This document shows positions 39,341-53,045 of a stretch of DNA of 64,000 bases, one piece after another. Source of the DNA: Camelus ferus (taxonomy: Eukaryota); assembly GCF_009834535.1 (NCBI RefSeq), contig NC_045707.1, forward strand, positions 57,848,001 to 57,912,000, in the 5' to 3' direction. Made by a program: the position numbers and the translations under genes. The number at the start of each line of letters is the position of its first letter. Position 1 is the first letter of the stretch. The notes below the pieces were generated by a model. That model worked only from the letters and a program-made list of their open reading frames with translations, had not been told where the DNA came from and did no database searches.

Positions 39341-39949
39341 CTTTAAAAGAAAGAAATAAGAATTAAAGAGAATTAAATTATTTAATTCAAGCCAAACATG
39401 TAAATTGGAAAATCTGGAAAACAGCTACACACACAGAAATTATAAAGTGCTTACTCCATATTTCCCCGGGTTATCGAGGCAAAATCTTGGAGAGGCAGAC
39501 AGGACTCCTTTTGGCTTGTAGTTAGAAGATCTGACTTCAAGGTTTGGTTTGGTTTCTTACAGGGATTTGAGAAGTCCTTTACCCTCCCCGACCTCAGTTC
39601 TGCCTCCCTGCCCTTTGTGGAAAGAGTCTGGTTGGACCCTAATCTTTGCATTGACTGTTTTGCCTGCAGAACTAGCAGTTTTTGTTTTTGTTTTTGATAC
39701 TTACAAGTGCGAATAGGTCTGGAGAGAATGCATGGGGCCAATGGACCAAAAGACAGTGATGTACCCCCTGCCTACAGACCCATCTGTGCAGACACTACCC
39801 ACAGAAGCCTCTGTTGCTGAAGTATGTGTCACCCTCAGTCTCCAAAGAGCTGACACTTAAATGTTCATAGAACATTTAAATGTGTCTTTTTATAGAGCAC
39901 CAGACACGTAAGGATAGTCATTAAGAGATGAATTATAGAATTAAATGGA

Positions 39950-40120
39950 TCTGGAGTAAAGTCCTGATCCTGCCACGACTTACTCTAAGGCAAGTTCCTT
40001 AACCTCTTAGTGCCTTCTTTTACTCATCTGTAAAATGGGAACAGTGATACATACTTCACTCAGTAGTTATAACAATAAATAAAACCATGTATGTAAAGAT
40101 TCCAGCGTAATGCCTCACAA
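39950..40120. mobile_element. MIR SINE
   Basis: ggcaagttccttaacctcttagtgcc...ctcatctgtaaaatgggaacagtgata. Confidence 0.75.
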
Positions 40121-41194
40121 AGAAAATTAGCAAGAAAGAGACATCTAAGCAACCCAGATAAAACCATAAGATTTTTAGAGATCAATATGGATTAGTAGAA
40201 AATAACTGGATTATTGTAACTAATTGATAATGGATTTTTTTTCCAACTCAATGCCAATTTAGTGTATGGTCTGGGGCAATGTCTTTGCCAATAGCATTTT
40301 TACATTCACCAGAAAAACACACATTCCCAAAATTTGCCACATAATTGTCAAATCAAGTACCAGATGATGTTAGAAAAACTGGAAAGAGGGAAGGCTAAGA
40401 AAAAAGAGGGGTAAGGAATGTGACTTCAGACACAAACTCCTTTCTCAACATATTCTGGTTTCCTTCCCACATGGTAACGTTTTGTTTTTGTATTTTTCCC
40501 TGCAGTACCTTTTTTTTTTTTTTTTTAACAGAAAAACCTTCCTTATGACAGACAAAAGACCTTCCACACTCTCTCACCACTTCAAGGCTCTTTTCTAAAG
40601 TCCTTGGCCTCCAACATGGCTCCAAGTTCATTGTTTCCTGCTCTCATTCCTCTCAGGTTTTGCCCTCACTGTTCAATCTCCTCTTCTCACCCTTTCCTCT
40701 CTCTCCAAACTAAGTCAGACTCACAAGTCTATGACCTTGATGCCTCCAAGACAAGTCTTATTCTCTCTTCAGCCACATTGTCTCCAACTGTCTAACCTAA
40801 CACAACCACCAGTATTACTGGGCACCAAAGTCTTCTTAGTTTGGCTCTAGCGAATCATCTCTGATGCTCACTGAAAACTGATTTGAACTCTGTCTTATAC
40901 AGGCTTACATTTATAATTGGGAGCTCTTTTATTTTTTATGTCATGTAAATAACGGCAGATAACTGGTGGTGTCTTAGATTTGAGGAGCAATTTACAGAAA
41001 TGACTTCTTTACGGGCCTACCTCTGCTAGACGCTGAGTTTCTAGACAGCAAGCACTGCTCTGCACGGGCGTGTCTCTGGCACGCCCCTTGCATGTCCACA
41101 ACAAATACCAAATGAACCAAAAATAGACATTATGCAAACAGGAGTGATCTGCTGCCCGAAGCTGTTTAGAACCAGGACTATAAAATGTTCTATT

Positions 41195-41640
41195 GAAGCC
41201 CCTCCCCACATCCTCTGGGCCCACCTTCACTTCACCTGCATCTGGGTTTCTGGGCAAATTGAGATGCTCTAGCACAGGCTTCTTTCTGTCTCTGCCTGAG
41301 GACAGAGGCCAAGCAGGACAGACCAGAGGAAATGCCTTTCAGGGGGTTGAAAGCCCCACAGAGACCACCCCTGACCATTGAGAGGCAAGAGTGCTGTGTG
41401 AGTACTCCAGCTCCTCCCAACCCTCAGAGTAACAATTCCAAAACACTCTGCACACCTCCTTAAAGGGACCCCAGCATGGCTGAACCCCAGATGCCTAAAG
41501 CAGGAAGCCCCTTCCTTAACAGAGCTGTGTTGGATTTTCTCCCTTCCAAGTCTCCCACCCTTCTCTCCCTCACTCCTACACATATAAATTTGTGTGCAAA
41601 TTGATAAATAAATTAGCTGCCCCTGCTTTCAGGGGAAGAA
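41195..41640 (+). mobile_element. Old ERVL LTR (LTR16-like)
   Basis: ctgaccattgag...ctccagctcctcc...ttggattttctcccttcc...ctccctcactcct; family name from memory, ends approximate. Confidence 0.5.
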
Positions 41641-43448
41641 TTCTGAAATGTGATGAAAATGCAAAAAAGTTCCAAGCAGTGGGTGCATACATTCACATAA
41701 CTGATGAAAGAGGGCAGCCCATTCTTCTCCAGTGCTGATTATATCTCCACCGGCGGGTGAGAAGAATGGAGAAGTGCAGTCTTTAAATGAGAAATCACTG
41801 CCGCACACAAATACACTACTGACAGAAGTCTGTGTCTACCCTTTCTCTGCTCATTGTTCATCTCACTACCAGCATACTCCTGAGTCCTTATGTGCACAGA
41901 TATCTGTCCATCTACGCTCTGTCTCCCTAGAGCAGGGGAGTGAATCTGTGGACGAGAATGGCCTTATAGCAGATGAAATTTCAATCCTAAACAGTACAAT
42001 GCATGATTGGGACTTCACTGCCCTTCTTAAACATTCTTCTCTTAAAATTTGTTCAGATATTAAATAATGTAGGGCTGGTGTTCTGCTCTTCATTCTCTCT
42101 AAAACAGAAATTAAGACAAGAAAAGTTCACTCCTCACTTATTAACAGAAGGGAAGTATTAAGGTACCTCTGGGGAGGGTGGGTAAATCATACAAATTCTG
42201 AAAATACCCAAATGGACAGTATAAGCCTACCTGTAGGTTGCTTCACGGGACAATTTTGGGGCTATATTTCGCAGGTTCTTCGATCTAGTGGGCTCTACCA
42301 GAATACAGTTTTTCTCAAAATCAGATTTTCTGCTGAGTCATGCTGATGTCTTTTTGTGGTTAATATGGTCTACTGGCAAACGTGCACTTGACATTTTTCA
42401 GAGAAAAATCATTTTAACCACTTTACATGATACATAAGTACTTAAGTACACAAAACATTCTTTTAAAGAAAAAAAAGTGTTTCCCTTCCATAGACAATCC
42501 TTTGCCCATTCTAGTACAAAAAAAGATCTCCACTCTTGATAAGAATAAACTTTTTCTGTCTTCTAAATTATCACAACAGCATATCAAATCTGCCTTCAGT
42601 TCTCTTTAATTAAGTTCATAAAATATAAAAAATCAGGCAACCATCAGAAAATGCCAATATAAATTGATTGCAATTCAGCACCTGACAAAGACCTCCTTGA
42701 ATGTATAAGCTGTTTGCTACATAGATACTCAAATCATATTACTTTCCAAAGAAATACCTTTATTAAGTTAGGATTCTCTATCTTACCATCCATCTTTAAT
42801 AGAGAAATAATTTTAAAAATCCACCCACTTGAACATTCCAACCACAGTTTGAAGATATTGCAATTATGTTATCCAATTTCCTTTAGATAAAGGGGTCCAA
42901 GCAAAAAGGCCTCCTCAAATTCAGTGCTATCCCACCCCTCCAAAAAAGAAAGGTCACCTCTTCATCAGTGTCTGTAATTTAGATTTATTAGATGATATAA
43001 AAGCCATTTCTCAGGACACCAAGACACCTCTGATGCCCTTTTGCGGTACTTAACTCAGATCACGTATACCTTTTTCTGCCCCTGTGCACTTGTATTTGTT
43101 CCATTATCACTGTCCTAACTGATATTGTGCTTAATTTTTAAGCCAATTAAAATGTTCTGGCAAGTAGATGAGATTAAATCTCCCACAAATTCTGGGAGCC
43201 TATCAGTAGGGAACTGAAGTGAAGAGCAAAAAAGCATTTGACCACAGACAAGTGAATGTGAACTAAGCCTGACCTGGAGGGTCGCAGAAAAGCACAAGAG
43301 AAGTTACCCTGCCTCTTCCTCCTCCTTCCTGTCTTGCTTTTAGCATTTTATTTGCCTCCACAAAGGTCTCATTGTTGCAGTGACAGCAGAGGCCCAAAGC
43401 AGAATGGATTATTTCTCTGCCTCTCTCTCCATCAGAGGCAGAACCTAC

Positions 43449-43497
43449 CTGGGCTGCTAAAAGAGCTCTTTTCTGTTGATTTTCATTAAACCCGTTT
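43449..43497 (-). CDS. OTOGL: OTOGL coding exon 3: NGFNENQQKRALLAAQ
   Basis: ttttcttccag|A...CAG|gtaggt; 49 nt, phase 2-0. Confidence 0.9.
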
Positions 43498-44447
43498 CTG
43501 GAAGAAAACAAAAAGAACTTGTATAGTCAAAGGCCCCTAGGCAACCTGAACAAGCCTTTCCCAAGAGAGAGCTGGTGTTTTCCTCCTGATTTCCATCACT
43601 TCATCAAAGAGGTCTTTCTTGGTTTAACATTGAAAAGGTCCCCCTCCCCCTTTAGGAGGGGTTAGATTTGGGTGGCGGCGCTGTCTCATTTTACAAAATT
43701 CAGGAGTGTCTCCAGATCTCTCCAGTCTCTGATGTAAATTGCATTTTAGGAGGGAACTTTGAGATAGAGAAATAAACAAAATAAGGTACCCCTGCAGCAC
43801 CAACACGCATGATAATTTCTCCGCACGCCTTCATAAAACCGGTGAGATAAGCATTCTCCAAGCGCGGGTTCACTTTTTCCAAACATCACACTCAATTCTT
43901 TCCCTTTCCATATCTTAAAGGGCAGATTAACATTAACATGAATAAGCACATCAAACTGTGGGTTACCGCAATCAAGTGGTGAGTAGAACTCTTTTCATTA
44001 AGCAGATCAGTTTAGTCCAAAAAATGATTTTCATTATTTACTGCTAGAACCATTTGACTCTATGTTAAGAATACAGCACATTTCTAATCAATGGTGGATA
44101 TTAATAATAACAAATAAAAGAGTTACTGAATATTAATAATAACAATATAAAAGGCTCCGCAACAAATTTTTGAAGTGAAAATAATGTCTTCTTAGTATCT
44201 ACAGTCATTGGACACCACCAAGAACTCCTCTTGTAATCAAAATGAAATACTCCTGCTTCATTAGCAAGGAACTGAATGCTTCATATTTTTTAATTTGTGG
44301 CAATATCTTAAAGAACTACATCTTATACCCTTATTTTGTAAAATATCTCATTTATTTTTTTCAAAAGCAAATACAGTGATCTGCTGAACTTGTCTTATTC
44401 CCGTTAACTTTATGGTTTAGAGGACATAACAAATAAGAAATACTCAC

Positions 44448-44487
44448 TCTGATATTCTTGTCAAGACGGATGAAGTACAAATATATC
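44448..44487 (-). CDS. OTOGL: OTOGL coding exon 2: (G)YICTSSVLTRIS(E)
   Basis: cag|GA...GA|gtgagt; 40 nt, phase 1-2, joins neighbours in frame. Confidence 0.85.
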
Positions 44488-45476
44488 CTGCCAGAGATAA
44501 ATACATATATATATATGATAAGGATGAAAAAATTATCAAAAAATCTTGGTCACATGTTCTGATTATAAAACAGATTATTTGAACCTAAATTCTAAAACTT
44601 AGACTAAGTTTTGTTATTAGTTATTTTATATTTTCTAGAGTATTTTAACCAGCAAATTCCCTGTGAAACATCAGGGTGACTAGTAATCCAGAAAAAAATG
44701 GGCAGTATACATAGATTTATATAGAGACATAATACAGTAGGGACAAGCACTAGTCTTGGAGTCAGAGATCCCAGCTTTACCATTTAGTAAACGCCAAGAT
44801 GAAGCAAGCTACCAAACACATCACAAAATGATGATGGTAGCCAAGCTGATCCTCAAAGTTCCTTCCAGCTCTCATCGCTCTTAAGACATTTTTTCCCTTG
44901 GCGTTTCGGTAATGACTAGGATTGGAAGACAATGTTTCTGACCTCTCTAGTCTTCTACACTTCAGAAATTTCTCCCACTTCCCCTATGAGCTCCAAAATA
45001 CACAGCCCTTTTCAGGGATTAAAAATGAACAACTGAATGTAAATAAATGCTTTCTGCCATAAAAATAGTTTATAAAAATGAATTCTTTACCATTCTTTAG
45101 GTTGATGGCACTGAGGAAGTTTAAGTACCAAACTTTTCTTTATTAACTATAAAATTTCAATTTTTTAAATGACACAACTATTTTAAATCATTCTTCAGGA
45201 GAGAAAAAGCTAGAGCTTCTTCTAGTAGAGTTGCTTATCATGATAAGGGCAGGATTTAACATTTAAAAAAGAGGACCTAGAAAGTGAAAACTAAAAGTTC
45301 CCAGTTATCCACATCATTAAGAATTGTTTTAAAAAAGGTGATCTGGATGTCATTTAGAATCTATCCATTCTAATGACTTCAAAATGCTCTACAGAATAAG
45401 GGGAAACTATTGTTATCATTCACCAGAGAGATTGAAATACAATAAAAAAAGGTAGAAATAGAACATGAGTTCTTAC

Positions 45477-45555
45477 CTTGTAGTGAAAACAGCAGTGTAT
45501 GAAGCAAGAATATACTCCAAGGTGTCATCAAATTGAGTTTTCTCACAATGTTCAT
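45477..45555 (-). CDS. OTOGL: OTOGL coding exon 1 (signal peptide): MNIVRKLNLMTPWSIFLLHTLLFSLQ
   Basis: ATG at 45553-45555 and a second in-frame ATG at 45526-45528; hydrophobic signal-like stretch; donor CAAG|gtaaga; 79 nt, phase 1. Confidence 0.9.
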
Positions 45556-46875
45556 TTCAGTGTAGCCTTTCTCCCTCAAATGTAACCAAATTGTTGGTCT
45601 TTACTATGATGGCATCTTAGAAGTGTGAGTATTTGTAGAGTGCTCAAGTTCTCATAAGATTTAGCTTTGTAATAAAATAATTCAAAAAGGAATTCCAGGC
45701 TTTCTAACTACATACAGCATCTGAAGCTTTAGAACTTGCAGGCAAACCTTTGGCTGAGCCTCTCATTAGTTATGCAGGGCAGCTTCCTATCTGAGCCTGT
45801 ATCAGTTACACCCTACCCTGCTCCTGCACATCACACTCCTTTTTAGCCTATATTAGCTTTTTATGGCTTCTAAAGACAGGAGCATCAAAAAAGCAAACAA
45901 ACAAAAACCCTGTTGTCTTTTGATGTCATAAGAGATAACCATTATTCCTACTTGTTGATCTATTCTGTGTTTTATTCATAAAATAACATTACTGTTCTTT
46001 GCAAAAAGATGATATAAAATCCTATCGATCATTCCTCTAATGTCTAGATGTTCTCATAAACTTATTTAAGAATTAAAAGCAAACTAAAATTATGTGCATA
46101 AAATTTCAGCTCAAGTCCCATTACAGTGGAGTTTAAGGTGACATATTCATGTGCCTACCGATCTTTCTGTTAAACATTCTACAATAGCTGATGATACTTT
46201 AATATTTGACTTTAAAAAGAAAATAAATTGCCTAATCCTGAGAACCTTCCCTCACACCCCGTTCTTCCATCCTCTATGATAAGTATCCAATTAGACAACA
46301 AAGAAGGACTTCTTCACCCAGCAGCAAGCACACTCTTCTCTTGAAGCAAATGACTACCTAGACTGGCATCACAGAAAAGCTCTAATATTTCATAATGAAG
46401 TCCACAGAGATGAGCTAAGCCCCACAAATGAGCGAAAGCCATGCTTATATAATGGGTGCACATTTCCTACTGCAGATCCCATCAGTTACCCGCACCAGTA
46501 TCAGACTCAACAGCTGGAGCACAGCGGTCAGGAGCGGCTAACTACACAGGAACTACTGTATGAGACAGAAACGCACAGCAGTCCTTAACATCTTGTTTTA
46601 CTCTGACACCTCTTCTGCCATGACTTCCTGATCTTATCTGTGATAGGTACTTGACGTCTTTATATATTGCATGCCCAACATCTATTACATAAGAAGTTTC
46701 TTGTCTGGGTCACAAATTCAATTATCTTTTACTTTTGTTCTACATGATTTTTATGCCTTTCCATTGCCTACGTAATTGCTAATTCCATGGGCCAAGAGAA
46801 GATATTTGCTTATAAATTCATCTTTTAAGCATGAAAGCACACACAACCTCCCCCAAATATAAGTAGCTATATGCC

Positions 46876-46878
<3 letters not shown>

Positions 46879-46908
<30 letters not shown>
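46879..46908 (+). repeat. (AC)15 microsatellite
   Basis: directly visible. Confidence 0.95.
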
Positions 46909-46913
<5 letters not shown>

Positions 46914-49900
46914 CATGTACACTCATTTTAAAATTTTGATGGATAAGCTTAAATAATTTAAGTATAGTATGAGTTGAATAAATATTTATTGAAAAGTTGT
47001 TGGTCACTACTCAAATTGATTAGACAATCATTACTCTTAAACTAATTAGACAATAAATTAATATAATTCTAAAGAGATGGGCTTTGTTATTTATAGTTAC
47101 ATCCTAAATATTGGTCCAAAAATATGTATCGATTCAACCACAATCAAAACTAAAATATTTCAGATACTTAAGAAGATGTGGATACAGAATAAATTTAAAA
47201 GTTAAGCTTGAAATTTGGTTAGAGAACAATAATTTTCCTCCAAAGAAATTTTTTAATCAAGAGCAGCAAATTTATTTATACAGAATACTTACTGACTCTT
47301 TCTGAAAAAGGTGGAAATGGACATAAACAATATACATTACTAAGTCCCCTCCTTAATTTGCAATAGTTTTTCTTGGCTTCATAGTTTCCCATATAAGTCA
47401 ATCTAAAATATGAAGATTCTATAAATCATATTTTAGGATTATTTTTTCACCAATCTGGTAGAAGTTTGACTTTTTTTTCTTTGAACTCAAATTTTTTTGA
47501 CAAGTGGCATGCCTATGGAAAAATCCCAAATGGAAACCGAAGTTAAATTTTATGGTTCAAAAAAGAACTATTTTGATAATGTTCATTGCTATGTCTAAAT
47601 ATGACCAGAACTTAGTGAGAAAGTGTTAGTAAACAGCAACATAAAGCCATGTGAAAAGTACTTACTTCTAATATAAACTTAGATATTTTGTATACTTAAT
47701 TCAAATGTAATAACCCAGAATTTTTCATCTCAAATTTCATACAGTATCTTTAAACTTTCCATCAAAAAGCACCACAGCCATTTTCACTGGTTAAAGTTGA
47801 AAATTCCAAGACTCTATCATCTGGCATTTTGAACTCTATGCATTAAAACCTAGAAATTATTCTGTCTGGTAAAGAAAATAGTAGCAATTATAACAGGAAT
47901 TCTCAGGGTGACCATTCTTTTATAGAGAGAGGTTTAGCATACCTGCTTGCTTTCTATTCCTCCTCCATCCAGGCTCAGAGTAGGTGGGAGATTAGTAAAG
48001 GAGAAGGAACAATGGTAAAGAAAACAATACCAGAAATTCCAAGTTCTTTTTCAACTAACTGAATATGAATTCATTACATTAAATGGGAGGCTGCATGAAA
48101 ATAGGCAAAATAGACTTCCATGAATAGTTGCAATAGAACAGAGAGTTTAGATGAAAGATTAGACCCAGAACCACAAAAGAAGGAATTTATGACTGTTGCT
48201 CCATGCAGTTATTACTGTCAAAATTTAGTTGACAGCTTTTATATTTCATTCCACCCTGACAAAGGAACTTCGGCAAAAAAAGGAGTCAGCCATCAGCTTG
48301 TGAAGAGATATTAAGTTCATAAGAAGCCTGAGGCGACTACATAATGCATGGGGGTAAACAGTTCCCTTTCTGCTACCAGAGCACTGCACATTTTCCCACA
48401 TGGAACATGATCTTTAGAAAGTTGATACCTGACAGACCATTGGCCTCAACACACCACATTAAACACAACTGGCAGGAATGGGAAAATGTTGGGCTTATAG
48501 TTTATGCATCAATAATAAAGAGGAGGGTGTTTTTAACAAAGTACATCATCTTTAAGAAAACTTAGTGTCTTTGGTGGTTTCTATAACATTCATTTTTTCA
48601 TTCATTGAGATCAAATCTAAAGGAGATAACATTTGATTCCCATCATATCAGTTTCTACTAGTGAAATGCAATTATTTCTCATTTGCTTTACTAAACCTAA
48701 CACATTTCAGATGCAGTGATTTTTATCCAGAATTTATGTTATCATTGAGCAGCAAAAAGAATCCTGTATCTTTGATGTGATTTTAAGAGTTTAACTGTCT
48801 TATTATGAGATAGTTTTGCAGTATTTTATTTTTGCTTTCAGGAAATGTGTTGCTTGGCACTTTCTGGAATGTTTCATATAACTGAATTTACAAATGATAT
48901 CTATCTTAGCTTTTCTGAATACAGACATGACTGCGCGTCATAAGCGATATCTGTGTTGGTCATGATTTCAATTTAAAGCTCACCCACAGAAGTTAATGTG
49001 TTGTATTTTATAGGGACATTAGTTTTCCAAATTGCTATGGTGCCACTGATTTGCAATATCTTTATCTTGAAAGAAGTAATGTTCCCACAACTAAAGTTTC
49101 CTCCTGTCAACATTTTAGCATCAAGTTCAAGATCTAAAACCAGTATTTCTTGCAGTTCTCTTTCTTTTCTAAACTACTGTAGCACTCACATACTATAGCA
49201 CATTACACGTGCATTTATAATATATAGTGTAACATATGAGGTGCACTGCATGTATAGCAATATAAATTAAGTGGGTTTCGCGTGCTTTCGATTCCGTTTT
49301 GTATCTTCAGTCATTTTAGATGTACTCATTTTAGAGCTGCTGAGGGATAATGCTTGAATTTCACAGGAGGAGGAGGGTTCTAATCCTGTTGTTAGGCGTG
49401 TTTGCTTCTCGAATTTACAGTGGATTACCTCATAGGTTTTGCGATTTTGAATTTTGGGTCCATGTCTGGCAGGGCATTATCTATGGGAATTCTTTACTGC
49501 CGTGGTTGAAGATGTGTCCCTCCAAAGAAGAGTTTGCATCTACTTCAGCCTATTGCTCCAAGGAATTTCATGTTAACTTCTCAACTTGAGGGTTCCCAGA
49601 ATACAGAGAATGAATTCAGATCTCAAACTCAAAGTGAAGGCAGGCCAAATCTAGTTTTTGCTTTGTTTTTGCCCTCTGGTGATATCTCTTACTTCCATCC
49701 AACCACTTAAAGGAATGACTATCTTATTTTATTCGGCATGCGCAAGTATTGTATAGCTGATAAACTTTTAGGTCATCTAATCTACTGTACTGTCAAAAAC
49801 AGAAGCATCAACTATCAAAAATTATATACTCTTGTTTTCTGCATTACCACTTTATATATTCGCAACTTACTTTCTCAACTTAATTACAAACTTGTGATAT

Positions 49901-50995
49901 GGAGTCATCTATGATTCACAGGTAAATACTTATCAAATTTAACCCTCCAACCAATTTTGTCCAAGTTATTCAAGACAAACAACTATAAATTTATAAAGAA
50001 AGCATATCAAAATATCTCATACTTGAATCAAATTATGTAAGAGATAAAGGAAAACCTGCCAGATCCCTAAATGTCATGATTGAGATGACTTCCTGTAACA
50101 CCGAGATTCTGACTCAGACACCTGATGGCTTGATTTATGACAATAGCCACTGAAACCATTCTGGAGTGCTGAACACCAACTTATCATCTACTTTTTCTAA
50201 GTTGGCAAGGTTAATACAGAAAAACTGCCTTTAAAGACAAGGTATTGTTGTGGTTTTCAGCAGAGCACATGTCAGTATGAAAACATAACTTAGAAAAACT
50301 AAGCCCTTCTTTGTGATTTGAGAGTCACATAAAGGTCAGATCAGTCCAAAAAGTGTTCACCCCTTATCTTGACACGACCTCTTCCCTGGCTCTCGGCCGA
50401 ATAAGAGTCTTACTGAGTTACATGCAAAATTGTTACATTATCTCCCAAAAGCTGCAGTGAAAAAACACTAGTTCTCTTGGAAGGTTTTCTTCAGTCTTCT
50501 CTGCTAACAAGATAAGTGTATCAGCTTTACCTAGGTACAGTGGTGGTTCTCAAACTGGTGTGTGCAAGGATCATGTAAGGAGTATATTAGAAGCACAGAT
50601 TCCCAACTCCACCTCCACCCCATTCAGTGGCTCTCTATGAGTCAAAGGGCATTCAGCATGTGTATTATAATAGAGAGTTGAGCTTTAGGGAAATTAAATA
50701 CCAAACTAGTTGATTCTAGTTCAAAAAAAAAAAAAAAAAAAGGAGTGTAAGTGAATTACCAATATGGAAGCAATGACAGATCCCAGTGCAGGGGAAAGAA
50801 GCAGAGGCTGAAAAAATTTAAGCAGAGGTGGAGGGCCAGCCTTACAACCTACTAGTGAGCAGTTCCTTGTTTGGGAACATGAAGTAGGGATGTTATCTAA
50901 TTTGCCTACTCTTTCCACTCTTCTTATGCCGAGAAACCCCCCTCAGAGATGGCATGGCCTCTGCTCCGTTGGCATCACATCTTTACAACTCTCAC

Positions 50996-51435
50996 TGTGA
51001 TAGGTGGACGGATGGCTCCCAAAGACACCCATGTCCTAATTCCCAGAACTTGTGACGTTTGCCTTACACGGTGAAGGAGACTTAAAGGTGTAATCAACTT
51101 AATGATCCCTTTAACTTAATTCCTTGTGGGCCCAAATGTAACCACAGATTCTTTATCAGTGAAAGCAGAAGTCAGAAAGAACAGAGTGGAAGAGAGATTC
51201 CAAGACCGAGGAAGCAGCCACAAGCCAGGGATTTCAGGGAGATTCTGGAAGTCAATAGAATGCGTTCTCTCTTAGAGCCTTCAGAAGGAATCCAGTCCTG
51301 CCAACATCTTGATTTTAACCCAGTGAAGCTCATTTCAGACTTCTGATCTCCAGAACCATAAGATAATACATTTTTGTTGTTTTAAGTCACTAAGTTAGTG
51401 GTAATCTGCTACAGCAGCAACAGAAAACTAATGCA
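50996..51435 (+). mobile_element. MaLR solo LTR (MLT1D-like), 440 bp
   Basis: TG...CA termini, 5-bp TSD ctcac/cttac, MLT1 motifs agagccttcagaaggaa...cttgattttaacccagtgaa...ttttaagtcactaagtt. Confidence 0.85.
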
Positions 51436-51842
51436 CTTACTTTCTCTGGCTACCTTGATGTTAAATGAAATAATATATGGTGGTCCTACAACAGATCCAA
51501 TTTTCTTTTGCAAGTATTGAAACATAAATCACAGAGATGAAAGTCACATGTGGGCTTTGTGGTCACACAGAATTAGGGATGGTAGTTATTTTCCAGTCAC
51601 GTGCATGCTGTTGAATAGGCAAAGAAAGTTATTCTGCAAAGGGAGGTAGGAGAGTGGAGCAGATGCTCAGAAGGAAGCAAAGCAACAAGTGATGGAGAAG
51701 ATGCTTCACCGCATTTTGGGTTGCATGACCACATCTATCCAATCACGTTCTTTTCACTTAAGATAACTTGGTCAGGATTTTATTCCTTGACATGCAATGA
51801 TCCATACCTGAGACAGAGGAACTGAGAAAAAGGAGGACGACC

Positions 51843-52185
51843 ATGATGGCTGATTTCATGTATCAACTTGACAGGACCACCTGGTCCCCAGCTATTTGAT
51901 TAAACACTATTCTGAATGTGTCTGTGAAGGTCTTTCTGGATGACATTAACATGTGAATTGGGAGACTGAATAAAGCAGACTGTCCTCCCCAGAGTGGGTG
52001 GGCTCACCTCTTCCACCAGAGGACTACATAGAACAAAAAGGTGAGTAAGGAAGGATCCGCTCTCTGCCTGAGTGTCTTTGAGCTGGGACATCAGTCTTCT
52101 TCTGCCTTCAGACTCAGACTCAGACAAGAACTACACCATTGGCTTTCCTGGGTCTCTAGCTTGCCAACTACAGATCACTGGACAA
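51843..52185 (+). mobile_element. ERVL LTR (MLT2-like), partial
   Basis: tgatggctgatttcatgtatcaacttgac...taaacactattctgaatgtgtctgtgaagg...gactgaataaagcagactg. Confidence 0.8.
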
Positions 52186-52679
52186 TGACCTTCTAGTAAT
52201 GGATACTGTTAACTAGATGGAGTTTACTATCCCAAGGTTCCCAAATCATCTGTTTACACATAGAAAAAACCCAGAGAACTAGGATGTATGTATAAAAAGA
52301 TGTATTTTCCCAGAAAAATCTTGAAAAATATTAGATAAGAGGGGAGATTAAACTTGTGAGTGAGAACCCCAAGAGAAACAGAAATAGCCTCTTTACCACT
52401 AAGTACTGTGCTGACTTCAGCTACTCCTCTGCTGTCCGAGAGTCAATCCAGGAGCACCTCTCAGTTAGACTGCTCTTACAGTATTCCACTGGGAGAAGTC
52501 AGGGCAACTTCAAAGACACAGGGAAGTTGTGACAAGACTGGGGGTTTGGGAGACCTTTTTTTTTTTTAGCACTGAGTGGCTTGGAGATGAAGACTTTCAT
52601 CTCAGGATTATGTGGTGGTATGTGGATAACAGGCAGGAATACCCTTGGATAGATTAGATTATTGTCCTCAGTACTTTAT

Positions 52680-53045
52680 TCATATTCTCCTTGTTACAGA
52701 ATTAGGTTCTGTCTTCCCTTTTCTATGTGCTTTTGCAGGACCTCCCACTGGAGTAGGAAAAGTGTATATCCCTTCCGCAAAGATGTATGAATTGGTCACA
52801 CGACTCTCTGGCCAATGTAATGTTAGCAGACACTACTCCAGCAGAGGCTTTACCTGTGCTTCAGAATTTTGAATTGCTCTCTTGAACTCCTGCTACCCGC
52901 CCCCTCCCCAGGAGAAGAGTATGTCCTGGGTAGCCACTAGTCCAAGGAGACTGAGGAAACATGGAAGAGACTCCAGAAAAATAAATGCATAGTATGCCAC
53001 TGAGAGCTGGGGATGTTAGTTATATGTAACATGATTGTAGCATCA
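52680..53045 (+). mobile_element. Old MaLR (MLT1-type) LTR
   Basis: tggtcacacgactctctggccaatg...ataaatgcat...gccactgagagctggggatgttagtta. Confidence 0.55.

Noticed and set aside
42231..42294. Possible cryptic exon ending CAG|gtaggc
   Set aside because: The candidate acceptors I tested give frameshifting or stop-containing exons; no independent support
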